Notes: a model not told the origin generated them from the letters alone. A DNA stretch of 24,600 nucleotides from Pseudomonadota bacterium (GCA_043718025.1 JAYSWN010000146.1:1-24600); one strand, 5' to 3'; positions 1 to 10,091 are shown, numbered from the stretch's first letter. A program made the numbers and translations.

Positions 1-369
1 ATGGCGATGTCCAGGCTGATTGAGTACGACGTAGTTAGGGCCGTGCATCCCGACCGGCTACGCTACCAAGCCTACGAAGCAAACCCCAACGTACTTGACG
101 TCATTTTTAATGTGTTGAGGTCTAGAGAGCGGGTGATGCTTTCGCGGATTCAGTCGGCCGCCAGGGAATTGGCAACATTAAGTGAATCCAAATTTAATGA
201 GGTTGGTTACTCCTCATCGCGCGTCAGTTTTCTGGCGCAGATGGTGAGAGTGGCGGCCGGACTATTAGATTCCACTATTTCCCTTAAAGAGTGGGACTTA
301 GGTTTGCTTAAGAAAATGGCATTCGCGCCGAGGTCAGGTGCTGTGACCAGGGATAAAAACGATAAATGA
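1..369 (+). CDS. Hypothetical protein, probably 5'-truncated by the window edge
   Basis: Frame 1 is open from base 1, while frames 2 and 3 stop within about 20 nt. Its TGA overlaps the next ATG (ATGA, 366-369). No recognisable motif. Confidence 0.5.
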   Translation: MAMSRLIEYDVVRAVHPDRLRYQAYEANPNVLDVIFNVLRSRERVMLSRIQSAARELATLSESKFNEVGYSSSRVSFLAQMVRVAAGLLDSTISLKEWDLGLLKKMAFAPRSGAVTRDKNDK

Positions 370-776
370 GGCAAGTTATGAATCAAAATAAAATTCAAGT
401 CTACTTCGACGGCCTTTGTCATTTGTGTTCACGTGAGATCGACCACTACCGTAAACAGATAGGGAGCCAAAAAATTCAGTTCGCGGATATTACTGCCCCT
501 GACTTTGATCCCGAGAAGGCTGGGCTCGATCCCATACGAGTGCATCAAGAAATGCACGTACGCAAATCTGATGGCTCCCTAACGGTCGGGGTTGATGCCT
601 TCATTACCATTTGGGAATCACTGCCGCGCTACCACTTTGCGGCGCGCCTGGGAAAAAAGGCACTTCCCCATGCCCTACTCACCGCCGGTTACCATGTTTT
701 TGCGCGGGTGCGGCCTTACCTTCCGCGCAAAAAGGCTGAATGCAGCGCGAGCCCCTATTGCCTGGCCCCCAAGTAA
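366..776 (+). CDS. DCC1-like thiol-disulfide oxidoreductase (DUF393 family)
   Basis: DxxCxxC motif VYFDGLCHLCSREI, plus MHVRKSDG..GVDAF..IW and Y..FAR.R segments typical of the family. Alternative start at ATG 378 with GAGG upstream. Confidence 0.9.
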   Translation: MRQVMNQNKIQVYFDGLCHLCSREIDHYRKQIGSQKIQFADITAPDFDPEKAGLDPIRVHQEMHVRKSDGSLTVGVDAFITIWESLPRYHFAARLGKKALPHALLTAGYHVFARVRPYLPRKKAECSASPYCLAPK

Positions 777-832
777 CGCTGCGCTCAGGCCCAACGGTTA
801 AAAAAGTTAAATACGGATGGAGGAGATTTAAT

Positions 833-1477
833 ATGAATTGGAAAAACGCGAAGAAAGGGAATGGCTGTATGGGTTTACGTTCTATTTTTTTATCCGCACT
901 GTTACTAATGGGAAGCGCCATGGCGACTGAAGAACCAAAATATACCGTCCAGTCACAAAATGAGAATCATGAGATCCGTCGGTACCCCAAAGTCCTAGTG
1001 GCCGAGACCCTGGTTGAAGCCGAATTTGAAGAGGCCGGAAACAAGGCGTTTCGAATTTTGGCCGATTATATTTTCGGAAATAACAAGCCCAACAAAAAAA
1101 TCGCCATGACCGCGCCCGTATCGCAGGCCGCCGCCTCCGAAAAAATTGCGATGACGGCCCCGGTGAGCCAGGTAAAGGGGCAAGGTGGATTTCTGGTCCA
1201 GTTCACGATGCCTTCGAGCTACACCCGAGAAAATCTTCCCGAACCCAATGACCCCCGGGTTCAAATACGTGAACTTCCCGCCCGTACCGTGGCCGTTTAC
1301 GGATACTCCGGAACGTGGTCAGAATCCCGGTACAAAGAAAAGCTCGCGGATTTTAGAAGCGAACTTGAAAAGGCGGGAGTAAAGCCGACCGGCGAACCTG
1401 TCTTTGCGCGATTCAACCCGCCGTTCATGCCGTGGTTTTTGCGGCGCAATGAAATATGGCTTGAGCTGGCTCCTTGA
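833..1477 (+). CDS. SOUL family heme-binding protein, exported
   Basis: Motifs EEPKYTV, EIRRYP, AFRILADYIFG, KIAMTAPV (twice), VQFTMP..LPEPNDPRV and ARFNPPF..LRRNEIW. The start was moved from 740 to ATG 833 (GGAGGAG upstream). ATG 869 is an alternative. Confidence 0.92.
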   Translation: MNWKNAKKGNGCMGLRSIFLSALLLMGSAMATEEPKYTVQSQNENHEIRRYPKVLVAETLVEAEFEEAGNKAFRILADYIFGNNKPNKKIAMTAPVSQAAASEKIAMTAPVSQVKGQGGFLVQFTMPSSYTRENLPEPNDPRVQIRELPARTVAVYGYSGTWSESRYKEKLADFRSELEKAGVKPTGEPVFARFNPPFMPWFLRRNEIWLELAP

Positions 1478-1585
1478 TGGCGGCAATTAGGTAAAACTCG
1501 AGTAACGCGTCGTGACATGACCAGCGGCGTCGACTCAGGCTATTCCCCCTCACATAGCGTTAATTATTATTTTGGGGGGGGCATC

Positions 1586-2035
1586 ATGGGAAATCGTTTC
1601 TTAGCTTTTGTTTTAATCATCACCTTTTCGGCCGGTACCGTTTTTGCGAATGAAAGAGCATTCAAGAAGATTGGCAAGACGGCGCAGGTAGGAAATGGAA
1701 ATCCTCCCACCGTAGAAAAATTCGATTTATCCTTGTCCAAAAACGAGCTGGTAAAAAATGGCCTGGCCGAATTGGCGAACGATTATTGGGAAAAATGCGG
1801 CCCCTGGAAAACGGTGACTTCACGCCGCAAGGTCATCGACATGATCAAAAAGATCGAAACGGAAGAGGCCACCAGCCCCACCGCCACCCAACTTGAAATA
1901 CTTTACAAGAAAGACCACCTTCTCGCCGTGGCCGGAGCCGTGTCCAATGGCAACGCGGAGTGCAGCCAATCGTGGTTCAATATTTACGGAGTCGATGGTT
2001 CGGTGCTGAAACTGCGCTACAGCTTGGGCGACTAA
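1586..2035 (+). CDS. Hypothetical secreted protein
   Basis: Signal-peptide-like MGNRFLAFVLIITFSAGTVFA after ATG 1586 with a G-rich RBS. Two Cys in the mature part. Confidence 0.7.
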   Translation: MGNRFLAFVLIITFSAGTVFANERAFKKIGKTAQVGNGNPPTVEKFDLSLSKNELVKNGLAELANDYWEKCGPWKTVTSRRKVIDMIKKIETEEATSPTATQLEILYKKDHLLAVAGAVSNGNAECSQSWFNIYGVDGSVLKLRYSLGD

Positions 2036-2040
2036 ATACT

Positions 2041-2080
2041 TTAAAAAAGTGCCCATCCACTTAAAAAGGTGCCCATCCAC
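2041..2080 (+). repeat. Tandem 20-bp repeat related to the RAYT-flanking repeat
   Basis: TTAAAAAAGTGCCCATCCAC followed by TTAAAAAGGTGCCCATCCAC (1 mismatch). 2065-2078 AAAGGTGCCCATCC is identical to 11440-11453. Confidence 0.85.
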
Positions 2081-2208
2081 TATTCAGCTGAAAAGGTCGC
2101 GGGTGCAATACACCACGTTATAAGGCGTTTTGGGGCACTTCTAGCCCGTAACAACCCATTCAACCGGCACCGAATAATGAATGAGGTAGCCGTTTGGCAG
2201 CGACGGGT

Positions 2209-2970
2209 CTACTGGTCGCCCAATGATGTGTCGCTGCCACCGCTGCTACTTGGGTTGTCCAGTGCTCGGTAGCCGCCATTTCCTCTACGGCCGCCTGGTG
2301 GGCGCGGAATTCTAACGACTCCACCTGTGGAGCCTCGATTAGGTGGGGCAATGCGCATAGTGGCCGAAGGGCGCCACAAAGCCACCACACGCACCACCGC
2401 AGCGTCGTCGACATTGGGCAGCATTAAAAACCATCCGGTCGTGTTACCCGTTTCAGCGGGGGCTACGAACAAAGAGGCCCCATCCACTTCCCTCATCCAC
2501 GATCCAATAGTCACGTTCATCTGACGGCGAATTTCAAATTCCTGTGTCGAATCGGAATTGCTGGGGGGGAACAGCTCTTCATTTTGAGCGGAGAACCTTT
2601 CGTTGCTGCTTTGGAACTTGAAACCGCGCACCAGTCCCACCGGCTCGCCCTTAACCACATGTCCAAAAAAGCTAGCAATTACTTCCTTTTTTTCGACCGG
2701 GCTGGTGGGGGCTTTTGGCCACCGCGTAGTGTAGATACCGAATCGAACTGAGCCGTCGGTTCCGGGAACCGGACTGCCCTCGGAGAGGTCAGGCGACGCT
2801 TCCTCAGAAAAAAGGATATTGCGCATTCGCAGAGTGTCGGCGGATTCAAGCTGCCAAGGATTATTCATCCGTTGAATGCAAGTCTCAGGATTCGAAAGGG
2901 TTGCCCGCGCAAACGGCGTAACCAGCAGGGCCAGAAACAGGAACACATTTAGACTAATAAAGGTCTTCAT
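2209..2970 (-). CDS. Hypothetical secreted protein with Gly/Arg/Ser-rich tail
   Basis: Signal peptide MKTFISLNVFLFLALLVTPFARA and a 253-aa ORF with a low-complexity C-terminus. Confidence 0.7.
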   Translation of the reverse strand: MKTFISLNVFLFLALLVTPFARATLSNPETCIQRMNNPWQLESADTLRMRNILFSEEASPDLSEGSPVPGTDGSVRFGIYTTRWPKAPTSPVEKKEVIASFFGHVVKGEPVGLVRGFKFQSSNERFSAQNEELFPPSNSDSTQEFEIRRQMNVTIGSWMREVDGASLFVAPAETGNTTGWFLMLPNVDDAAVVRVVALWRPSATMRIAPPNRGSTGGVVRIPRPPGGRRGNGGYRALDNPSSSGGSDTSLGDQ

Positions 2971-3168
2971 GGGGGCGTTAGTAGCCCAAGCCGAGCCCGT
3001 ATTGCAATCCGAAATGAGCGCGCAGCGTCAAGTGCCGATCTTGAGCCGTTTCCCCGAGTTTGCCACCTCTAGAAGATGGGGACCTTTAGGTTTACCAACC
3101 CAATGACTTGGAAAATCACCGAACCGACTGTCCAGCTTTGGTTGAACTCGGGAAATGGGGTCGCTGTT

Positions 3169-3843
3169 CTACGGATTGATACAAAGCAGACCCGACCAAT
3201 CACGTGGCTCCTCGTGGGCCACGATCAGGGTTCGCGCCGTTTCATACGATTCTTTTTGCACGATGTACTTTGTGTATTCTTGCTCCAGTACTTTAAGATT
3301 ATCTTCGTGGCCTAGGGCGTCGACAAATACGATATGAAAACCGATTTGGCGGTAGTTGCGTTCTCGCGCCTTCATTTTTTCTTCGACGAGGTTAAGCGAA
3401 CGTTGGCTGCTCGCAGCACACTGTGGATTCTTGACCGCCGTGCAAAAGCGGATTTGCGTGGAAAATAGACTGGCCAGTTCACTGTCCATTTTCTGGGAAG
3501 AGTAAAACCGTTCCGCCTTGCGTGACTGGTTGGTAACGGGGAAAAAGCGAACCTCTACGCTACGAAAGGTGAAATGTGGAAACTCCGGCGCATCGATTTT
3601 CACCGAGCTGGTTAGGAATTCGAAGAGATCGTTATCCAATTCGGCGGCGTTAGTATTGGGCAAGGCGAGCCCCTGAGCCTGACATTTGGCGCTCATTTCT
3701 AGCAAGCTGGCGCGCCCCGCGAAGGGGTAGGCCGACCAAGTTCTCCCCGTTTTTGGCGAAGTCCAAGTCACGCCGGCCTCCAACCCAAACGCGCTGCCAA
3801 GGCAATGAACGATGGCCACTAAAATCCAGAGCTGCACTTTCAT
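3169..3843 (-). CDS. Hypothetical secreted protein, possible DUF1566/Lcl-like domain
   Basis: Signal peptide and GGGGA RBS. TWTSPKTGRTW..KC..QGLALP...EL and terminal LLC loosely match the DUF1566 pattern (TGLxW..C..RLP..EL..C). Confidence 0.6.
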   Translation of the reverse strand: MKVQLWILVAIVHCLGSAFGLEAGVTWTSPKTGRTWSAYPFAGRASLLEMSAKCQAQGLALPNTNAAELDNDLFEFLTSSVKIDAPEFPHFTFRSVEVRFFPVTNQSRKAERFYSSQKMDSELASLFSTQIRFCTAVKNPQCAASSQRSLNLVEEKMKARERNYRQIGFHIVFVDALGHEDNLKVLEQEYTKYIVQKESYETARTLIVAHEEPRDWSGLLCINP

Positions 3844-3928
3844 ACGGTCCCCCTACAGATAATATTGGCCACCCTACTCAGCCCCTAATCGATGTAAACA
3901 CGCCTTGCGGCGCAAGGTAGGCCTTGGT

Positions 3929-6460
3929 CTAAAGGTTTGCCACCGGCCCCAAACTTTCAAACCGTAACACCGGCCGGCGCTCTTTACGGCTCGACGCCAG
4001 ATGCAAAGTGAAGCGCGCCGACCAGTCGTTATCTTCTTGGGGATCCACGAGAGTCTGCTCCACCATCCACTGCGTGGCGTCGGTCTTGGTAATTCTCAAA
4101 TGAACCGTCGCGCGCGCCTTGGCGTCGGTCTGAATTCGCGTGTGCTCTTCGAAGTAGGGCTTCAGCTGCGCCGAAACCTCCGTCTCCGTCTGTTTGGCAT
4201 CGTCATTGGCAAGCATGGCCGTCGCCTCTTCAAAGTCGCCCACCGCAATCGCCCGTACGAATCTAAAGACTTCGTTGCGGATCATAATTTCAAACGCCTT
4301 GGCGTCGCGGGTAATGTCGAAATCAGCCTCGCTGCGCGCGGCTTCGATAGGGTCGGCCACTTCGGCACGCACAAATTCTGGATTACGCAATTTTTCCCAC
4401 TCGTCGAGCAAACTCGAATCAACCGCCCGAACCAGGGTACCGAGGTATTCTTCAATGGCCAGCACCTCGTCCGTCTTGGCCAAACCCGGCACCGTCTGCA
4501 CCATTACTTTGTATACTTCGGAGAGGTAACGCAGCAATAACCCCTCGGCGCGCTGCAGGCCATTGTCACGAATGTATTCGGCGAAAGATTGAAAGCCTTC
4601 GTACATTTCGCGCGCAATAGATTTGGGCCGAATGTTCTCCAGCCCGACCCACGGATGCTTAGCCGAAAACTCGTTGAAGGTGGCGTAAATAAACTCACGC
4701 CTTGGCTTCGGGTACTCGACTTTCTCAAGTTCCTCTAGGCGCTGATCGTACTCCATGCCCTGGGCCTTCAGCTCATTCATACGTTCCGTTTTGCAACGGC
4801 TGAGTTGAACGTGAAGGATCTTGTCCGGATTTTCTAAAATCGATTCGACGAGCGTCAGAAGATCAAGGGCGTATTCGGGACTTTCAAGGTCCAACAACTT
4901 CACCGTGTCGAGCAGGTAAAGGGCCAACGTCTGGTTAAGCGAGAAGTCCTGCTGCAAGTCTACATTTACCCGAAGGCGCGGCTTGAGCTCAATAATGTTA
5001 CGCTCGACCAGAGATCGAAAAAGTTGAAACCCACGCTTGAAGTGCCGCTGTTTCTGCCGATCGCTCTCGTGCGAACTGCGAATGAGCCGCCGCAACGACC
5101 GACAGGGATCGGCGTCGATTTCTTCGGGACGCGCCAGCACGTTAAGCAACATCCCGTGCGTCACCTGAAAGCGCGAGACCAAGGTTTCGGGCCGACCCGC
5201 AATCAATTTTTCGAAGGTGTCTTTTCCCCAAGGCACGTACCCTTTGTCGGGAGGGCTTTTCTTTACCACTTTTTTCTTGTGGGCAGCGCCCTCAGCTTTG
5301 CGGACGGCCGCCAGATTTTCGATCACATGCTCAGGCGCCTGCGCCACGACCGTACCGCGAACATCAAAGCCCTTGCGCCCAGCGCGCCCCGCAATCTGCA
5401 GAAAATCGCGCACCGAAAGAATGGTCGTCTTCTCCCCGTCGAACTTGCAGAGCTTGGTAAACAAGACCGTGCGAATTGGTACGTTGACTCCAACCCCCAA
5501 GGTGTCGGTACCAAAAATGAGTTTCAGCTGTCCCGTACGCGCCAGTTTCTCAACAAGAATGCGGTAGCGCGGAAGCAGCCCCCCGTGGTGGATACCAATG
5601 CCGTGTTTAAGCAGACGCTGAATGTCTTTGCCGTAAGGGCTTTTAAATTTTACATCCGCCAAGGATTCGGCAATGGCCCGCTTCTCATCCTTCGAACAGA
5701 AGTCGATCGAAAGAAAGTTCTGCGCACTTTCGGCTGCCTCACGTTGGGTGAAGTTGACGACGTAAATGGGAGCTCTTTCCAAGGCCAGAAGCTTTTGCAC
5801 CTGTTCGAGCAGGGGAATTTCGGAATAGACAAAGTCGAGCGGGACGGGCCGATCGTTCGAACGCACCACGACGGTCTCGCGCCCGTTAAGTTTGGTGAGC
5901 CCCGCCTCAAAAGGCGCGGTGTCACCGAGAGTCGCCGACATAAGCAAAAAACGCGCGCGCGGAAGGGTGAGCAGCGGAATCTGCCAGGCCACGCCACGCT
6001 CACGATCCGAATAGAAGTGAAATTCGTCGATAACAATGTCCTGCACCTGCGCCCGCTCACCGTAGCGAAGTGCGTCATTGGAAAGGATCTCGGCCGTGCA
6101 GCAGATGATCGGCGCCGCCTGATTGACCGTGGCGTCGCCGGTGATCATGCCCACGTTATCAGGACCAAAACTTCGGCACAGGGCCAAAAACTTCTCGTTC
6201 ACCAGTGCCTTGATGGGGCTGGTGTAAAAAGAGCGCTTGCCGTCGGTAATAGATTTAAAGTGAAGCGCCTCGGCCACCAGCGACTTGCCCGAGCCGGTAG
6301 GGGTGTTGAGGATTACATTTTTGTCGGAATAGAGCTCAAGAATCGCCTCTTCTTGCGCGGGATAAAGCTCAACGCCAAGCTCAAGTACGTATTCAAGAAA
6401 ACGGTCGAGCGAATCGCCTTCGGAGCGCAGTCTTCGTTGCAGGGAGCCAAGATCGGCCAT
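3929..6460 (-). CDS. Ski2/HelY-like SF2 DEAH-box helicase with DUF3516 C-terminal domain
   Basis: Walker [44 protein letters not shown] and QIAGRAGR. C-terminal [21 protein letters not shown] and [10 protein letters not shown] fit DUF3516 helicases. GAGGA RBS. Confidence 0.95.
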   Translation of the reverse strand: MADLGSLQRRLRSEGDSLDRFLEYVLELGVELYPAQEEAILELYSDKNVILNTPTGSGKSLVAEALHFKSITDGKRSFYTSPIKALVNEKFLALCRSFGPDNVGMITGDATVNQAAPIICCTAEILSNDALRYGERAQVQDIVIDEFHFYSDRERGVAWQIPLLTLPRARFLLMSATLGDTAPFEAGLTKLNGRETVVVRSNDRPVPLDFVYSEIPLLEQVQKLLALERAPIYVVNFTQREAAESAQNFLSIDFCSKDEKRAIAESLADVKFKSPYGKDIQRLLKHGIGIHHGGLLPRYRILVEKLARTGQLKLIFGTDTLGVGVNVPIRTVLFTKLCKFDGEKTTILSVRDFLQIAGRAGRKGFDVRGTVVAQAPEHVIENLAAVRKAEGAAHKKKVVKKSPPDKGYVPWGKDTFEKLIAGRPETLVSRFQVTHGMLLNVLARPEEIDADPCRSLRRLIRSSHESDRQKQRHFKRGFQLFRSLVERNIIELKPRLRVNVDLQQDFSLNQTLALYLLDTVKLLDLESPEYALDLLTLVESILENPDKILHVQLSRCKTERMNELKAQGMEYDQRLEELEKVEYPKPRREFIYATFNEFSAKHPWVGLENIRPKSIAREMYEGFQSFAEYIRDNGLQRAEGLLLRYLSEVYKVMVQTVPGLAKTDEVLAIEEYLGTLVRAVDSSLLDEWEKLRNPEFVRAEVADPIEAARSEADFDITRDAKAFEIMIRNEVFRFVRAIAVGDFEEATAMLANDDAKQTETEVSAQLKPYFEEHTRIQTDAKARATVHLRITKTDATQWMVEQTLVDPQEDNDWSARFTLHLASSRKERRPVLRFESLGPVANL

Positions 6461-6519
6461 ATCCTCACGAAAGTACCATCCAAAAGTGGGACAGGGCTAG
6501 CGGTCAAATTTTGCCGTTA

Positions 6520-7230
6520 CTAATCCCGGCTTTCAGATGCGAAATCAAAGGACAGATAGAGCGAAGCCATGAGCACGTGATTAGACTTGGTGGTGGCGAG
6601 TTGTGAATTTCTGACGACGTTCCACAGGTACCCCAGGTCAAAAGCCAGTTGCGAAGAAAAGCGGTATAAGCCGCCGACAAAAAAGCGATTCTGATCAAAT
6701 CCAGAGCCAATCGACGGGGCGGGGCTGTTCACCGAAATAAACAACTCGTCGTAAGTGACCAACTGGAGCGCCTTGTCTAGCGCCACCGGCAGGGCGAGTC
6801 GGGCCTGATAGCGAAGGCGAAGGCCCGGGTCAGACATATTTTCGATAAAGCGAGTTTCGATACGCAGCCGTTGGGTGAAGGTTACGGGGTCAAGATTCGC
6901 GACATACATCCCTTGTACCCAAAGTCGGTTCTCGTTTCGTGGCGTGGGGCTGATCAACGGCGTCCAAGCGTAACCCGTCCAGAGGGAAAATTCGGGGGTA
7001 AACTGCCAACCTATCCCGGGACGTATCAGCACCGTGGTGAAATTACCGCTATCCAAACTGTAACGCGGCTGGACCTCAGCCCACAGGCGAAGGTGCGGCG
7101 TTAGTTTTGCCTGGGCAAGAAATTGAGTCCAGCTTTGCGCATCCGCTGCGGCGTGAACCGGAAAAAAGAAGATGGCGACGCTTATTAACGTAAGCAGTCC
7201 GTGCATTCCAAAACGCCTAATGGTTGCCAT
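6520..7230 (-). CDS. DUF2490 family outer-membrane beta-barrel protein
   Basis: Signal peptide and motifs WAEVQPR, RPGIGWQF, ENRLWVQ, QRLRIETRF, RLRYQ, YDELF, GFDQNRFFVG and DLGYL. The true start may be ATG 7206. Confidence 0.88.
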   Translation of the reverse strand: MATIRRFGMHGLLTLISVAIFFFPVHAAADAQSWTQFLAQAKLTPHLRLWAEVQPRYSLDSGNFTTVLIRPGIGWQFTPEFSLWTGYAWTPLISPTPRNENRLWVQGMYVANLDPVTFTQRLRIETRFIENMSDPGLRLRYQARLALPVALDKALQLVTYDELFISVNSPAPSIGSGFDQNRFFVGGLYRFSSQLAFDLGYLWNVVRNSQLATTKSNHVLMASLYLSFDFASESRD

Positions 7231-7411
7231 CCGCCGCCTCCATCTTTTCTAAGACGAGTTTAATGGTGGTATCGTCTACACCGGCCCGCCTCATCAGTGA
7301 AGCGGCCTTGCGAAAGTCGTCGCTATCTACCGCATCAAAAAACGATTCGCGTTCGCCAATTTCAGCGAGCCGTTCAAGCACGATGGTGCCATCAAAGTCT
7401 TTTTCTTCCAT
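7217..7411 (-). CDS. Small acidic hypothetical protein (64 aa)
   Basis: Protein-like helical sequence (DFDGTIVLERLAEIG..FFDAVDSDDF), co-directional with and abutting the DUF2490 gene. Confidence 0.7.
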   Translation of the reverse strand: MEEKDFDGTIVLERLAEIGERESFFDAVDSDDFRKAASLMRRAGVDDTTIKLVLEKMEAADGNH

Positions 7412-7517
7412 AAGAGAAAGTTAATCACCAGGTTGGGGAATCGTCCACGTGGAGTTTCCGCCAATTGGATGAGAGGCTTAAAATGCAAATTTTTATAGGC
7501 GGGTTACACGTCTATCC

Positions 7518-10091
7518 CTACTCATCACCGTTATCGCGGCTCTTGGTTAGCAGCATGGCCAGGCAGGGGTTAAGGCTCATCGTCGCTACTAAACTCTTGG
7601 CCTGTTCGGGGAATCCGCGAAATCTCAATTGGCTGGCCTTGTCCAAGCGAGAGATGACGGGAGTAAGCAAAGAAACATCGTTATCGGCGTAACTTGCCAG
7701 TAGCGTCGCTATTCGCTCGGCGCCCCAAAGTTCTAATCCGTCTTCATCCATTGCCAATACCATGCCCTGCCAAAGAAGGAGATCTTGCGGAAGCCTCTCG
7801 TCTACCAAGCGGAGAAGAGTTTGATAGGCGGGGTGATTACTGGGAATCTCGGAAATGCAGATTCCCAAGAGTAACGGTAAGCTCTTCTTCGAAATAACCG
7901 ACGTCGACGAATAGTAAACGGCCGCAACTTCACAAGCCCGGGCTCTGGAGTCGCCGTACTCGGATTTGGTGTGAATGATCGCTTCAATAAATTTTAAACC
8001 AACCAGGCTCGGCGGCAACCCTTTGAGGGCCTCTACGGCCTCGGTGAGAGGGACATCCCAACCGGCATAGCTCGGCGATTTTTGCCACTCATTGAACGTC
8101 AGACGAATGACTTTAAGTAAATTTGAAGCTGAGGATTCGGTGAGCGTTTCGAATGACGTCAGATGGCGATTGTGAATGCTAAAGATCTGTAGCAATTTCT
8201 CTTTGGTCAATCTTCGAGCCATCTCCCAAGCACTGGCTTCGTAGAATTGCTCGGGGTCGATCTCCCAAATTTTTTGCAACAACGCCTCCCGGTTGATGGC
8301 GTCAGTCCAACTCGAGAGGGTGTGTCGGCCAACTCTAACCGGAACCGAGCGCATTTCGGGATGCGTGGCGTACTTTTTAAATGCGCCAAAGTAGTTTATT
8401 TTTTCCACCTCGGCTTGAATCACCTCCGTGGGAAGCCCCACCTTAGCGCGTAAGAATTGGAAGTTGCTCAGCTCGCCCGCAAGAAATCGTCGATTGAGAG
8501 TGCTGTTTAGAAAAGCCCACTCTGAACGCTTGGTCCGGGGGGATAAAACGGTCCAAGGATTAAAATACGGTGAACTGTGTTCAACCAAAGAGTCGGCCGC
8601 GGCCTTCCAGAGGGGCTCGTCCAACGCAGTGGCTTGATTGAGAAGGATCCAGAGGGCATACGCACGTTCTTCCGCGGTCGCCGCTTTGTCCAACGCGACC
8701 CATTTAAATTCCTTACTGGCTCCCCTCGCCCCCTTTTTTACGTAGTTTAATGCTCCGACGTTTAGCATCGCTGTCGTTGGCTCTTTCAACACCGTGAAAT
8801 CCAGCCGCCTCAGGAAGTCATGAACCTGGAGCAAATTGGACAAGAGATCCCAGTCTCCGCTTCGTTTGGTGAGTTCATAAACGAGATGTTCGTTAAATGG
8901 TTTGAGCACCAGAGCCTGAGCCAATCCGACGGCCCTCGTCTTCCACTCCGCACTGCTTCGGTGGAGATTGGCAATGTCTTCATCCACCAAAAAGATGGCA
9001 TCCAGATAATTGCGGAATACTTCACTGGCCCCCTTTCCTAATATTGCTTTCAGTTCCGCGAGATGGCCTTGCTTCCATTCAGGGACTTCAAAGACCAAAG
9101 ATTTCGTACCGCTGGCATAGCTAATCCCTAAAGACTGCGAGACGTCACCGCAAAGCAGCGGGGACAAAACGCTAGAATCGACGAGAGCCTCAATCACGTC
9201 GTGAGGTAGCAACTCTCCGTCTATCACCGCCACCCCTTGGGGGAGTCGCGACAAATTGAGCTTGTTGCGGTTTCTCACCACAAGTTGAAACTTCCTCGTA
9301 TCGTCTTTCAGGGCAATGGTAAGGGCGTCGATATAGAGCTGGCTGGCTTTGTCCAGTTTGCTGTAGGCGAAGAGAACATTGCCATCGCTCTTAATTCCAA
9401 GACTATCAAGCAGCACCCTTCGATGAGACCGAGACGACTTGGGTTGAACGAGATAGATACCGAGTGTTCCAACCCCAGCGTTTAGAAGGAGCTCGGAGGA
9501 AGCCTGCGGACCCTGACCTAACCAACCACTTACCAAAGAATCGGCGCTTCGAAATTCGCCAACGCTAATTGCCAGGGGAGCTAAGGCGGGGAGTATTTGG
9601 GCGGGATTGGCGTTTGCCGACAGCTGAACCGCCAATTCGGCCTGAGGGATTTTTAACCTGATTTCAGCTAAGTCGTCCGGCTTCAGGTCAGGAAGCGGAG
9701 AGGACTCGTAACCAATGCTACCCTGAAGTTGGGCAGGCACCGAAAATCTAGGTTCAGTGAATATGATTTCCACCCCCCGAAAACGTTGCACCCGGTAACG
9801 GCGAGCGGGATCTAGCGACGGCACCATAGTGGTGAGAATTTCATTGGTAGTTGGGACCCGGCGATCTCGGCGAACGTCTAGACTGGTGACGATAAGGCGC
9901 ACGACGCTCGACGGATATCTGACCTTGAATTCAACCGCCATCGTGAGATTTGCCGCCACATCGCCAAACCCTCCGCTCGGATCTTCATCGGCGTTAAGGG
10001 GCACCCCGCTAACAAAGTTAACCGAGCTGGGGACTCTGGGGTCGGCAAAAATTGGTGCACAGGCAATCGCAAAGAGTAAAATTAACTTCAT
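7518..10091 (-). CDS. Large secreted protein with putative EarP-like GT-B glycosyltransferase N-terminal half and helical C-terminal half
   Basis: Signal peptide MKLILLFAIACAPIFA. GGFGDVAANLTMAVEFKVRYPSSVVRLIV and LPHDVIEALVDSS..PLLCGDVS..LVFE resemble the EarP segments by eye. The CDS is confident, the function tentative. Confidence 0.6.
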   Translation of the reverse strand: MKLILLFAIACAPIFADPRVPSSVNFVSGVPLNADEDPSGGFGDVAANLTMAVEFKVRYPSSVVRLIVTSLDVRRDRRVPTTNEILTTMVPSLDPARRYRVQRFRGVEIIFTEPRFSVPAQLQGSIGYESSPLPDLKPDDLAEIRLKIPQAELAVQLSANANPAQILPALAPLAISVGEFRSADSLVSGWLGQGPQASSELLLNAGVGTLGIYLVQPKSSRSHRRVLLDSLGIKSDGNVLFAYSKLDKASQLYIDALTIALKDDTRKFQLVVRNRNKLNLSRLPQGVAVIDGELLPHDVIEALVDSSVLSPLLCGDVSQSLGISYASGTKSLVFEVPEWKQGHLAELKAILGKGASEVFRNYLDAIFLVDEDIANLHRSSAEWKTRAVGLAQALVLKPFNEHLVYELTKRSGDWDLLSNLLQVHDFLRRLDFTVLKEPTTAMLNVGALNYVKKGARGASKEFKWVALDKAATAEERAYALWILLNQATALDEPLWKAAADSLVEHSSPYFNPWTVLSPRTKRSEWAFLNSTLNRRFLAGELSNFQFLRAKVGLPTEVIQAEVEKINYFGAFKKYATHPEMRSVPVRVGRHTLSSWTDAINREALLQKIWEIDPEQFYEASAWEMARRLTKEKLLQIFSIHNRHLTSFETLTESSASNLLKVIRLTFNEWQKSPSYAGWDVPLTEAVEALKGLPPSLVGLKFIEAIIHTKSEYGDSRARACEVAAVYYSSTSVISKKSLPLLLGICISEIPSNHPAYQTLLRLVDERLPQDLLLWQGMVLAMDEDGLELWGAERIATLLASYADNDVSLLTPVISRLDKASQLRFRGFPEQAKSLVATMSLNPCLAMLLTKSRDNGDE

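Noticed and set aside
1096..1171. Duplicated KIAMTAPVSQ in the SOUL protein
   Set aside because: Synonymous sites have diverged and this duplication is common in bacterial SOUL proteins.
1574..1581. G8 tract as a phase-variation switch
   Set aside because: The tract is short, lies upstream of the likely start, and is explained as a G-rich RBS.
2041..2080. Possible CRISPR remnant
   Set aside because: Two abutting 20-mers with no spacer and no cas genes. Better explained as RAYT-type repeat copies.
5024..6523. 499-aa plus-strand ORF (and 4001-4540) opposite the helicase
   Set aside because: Antisense shadow of a conserved gene, with no motifs and atypical composition.
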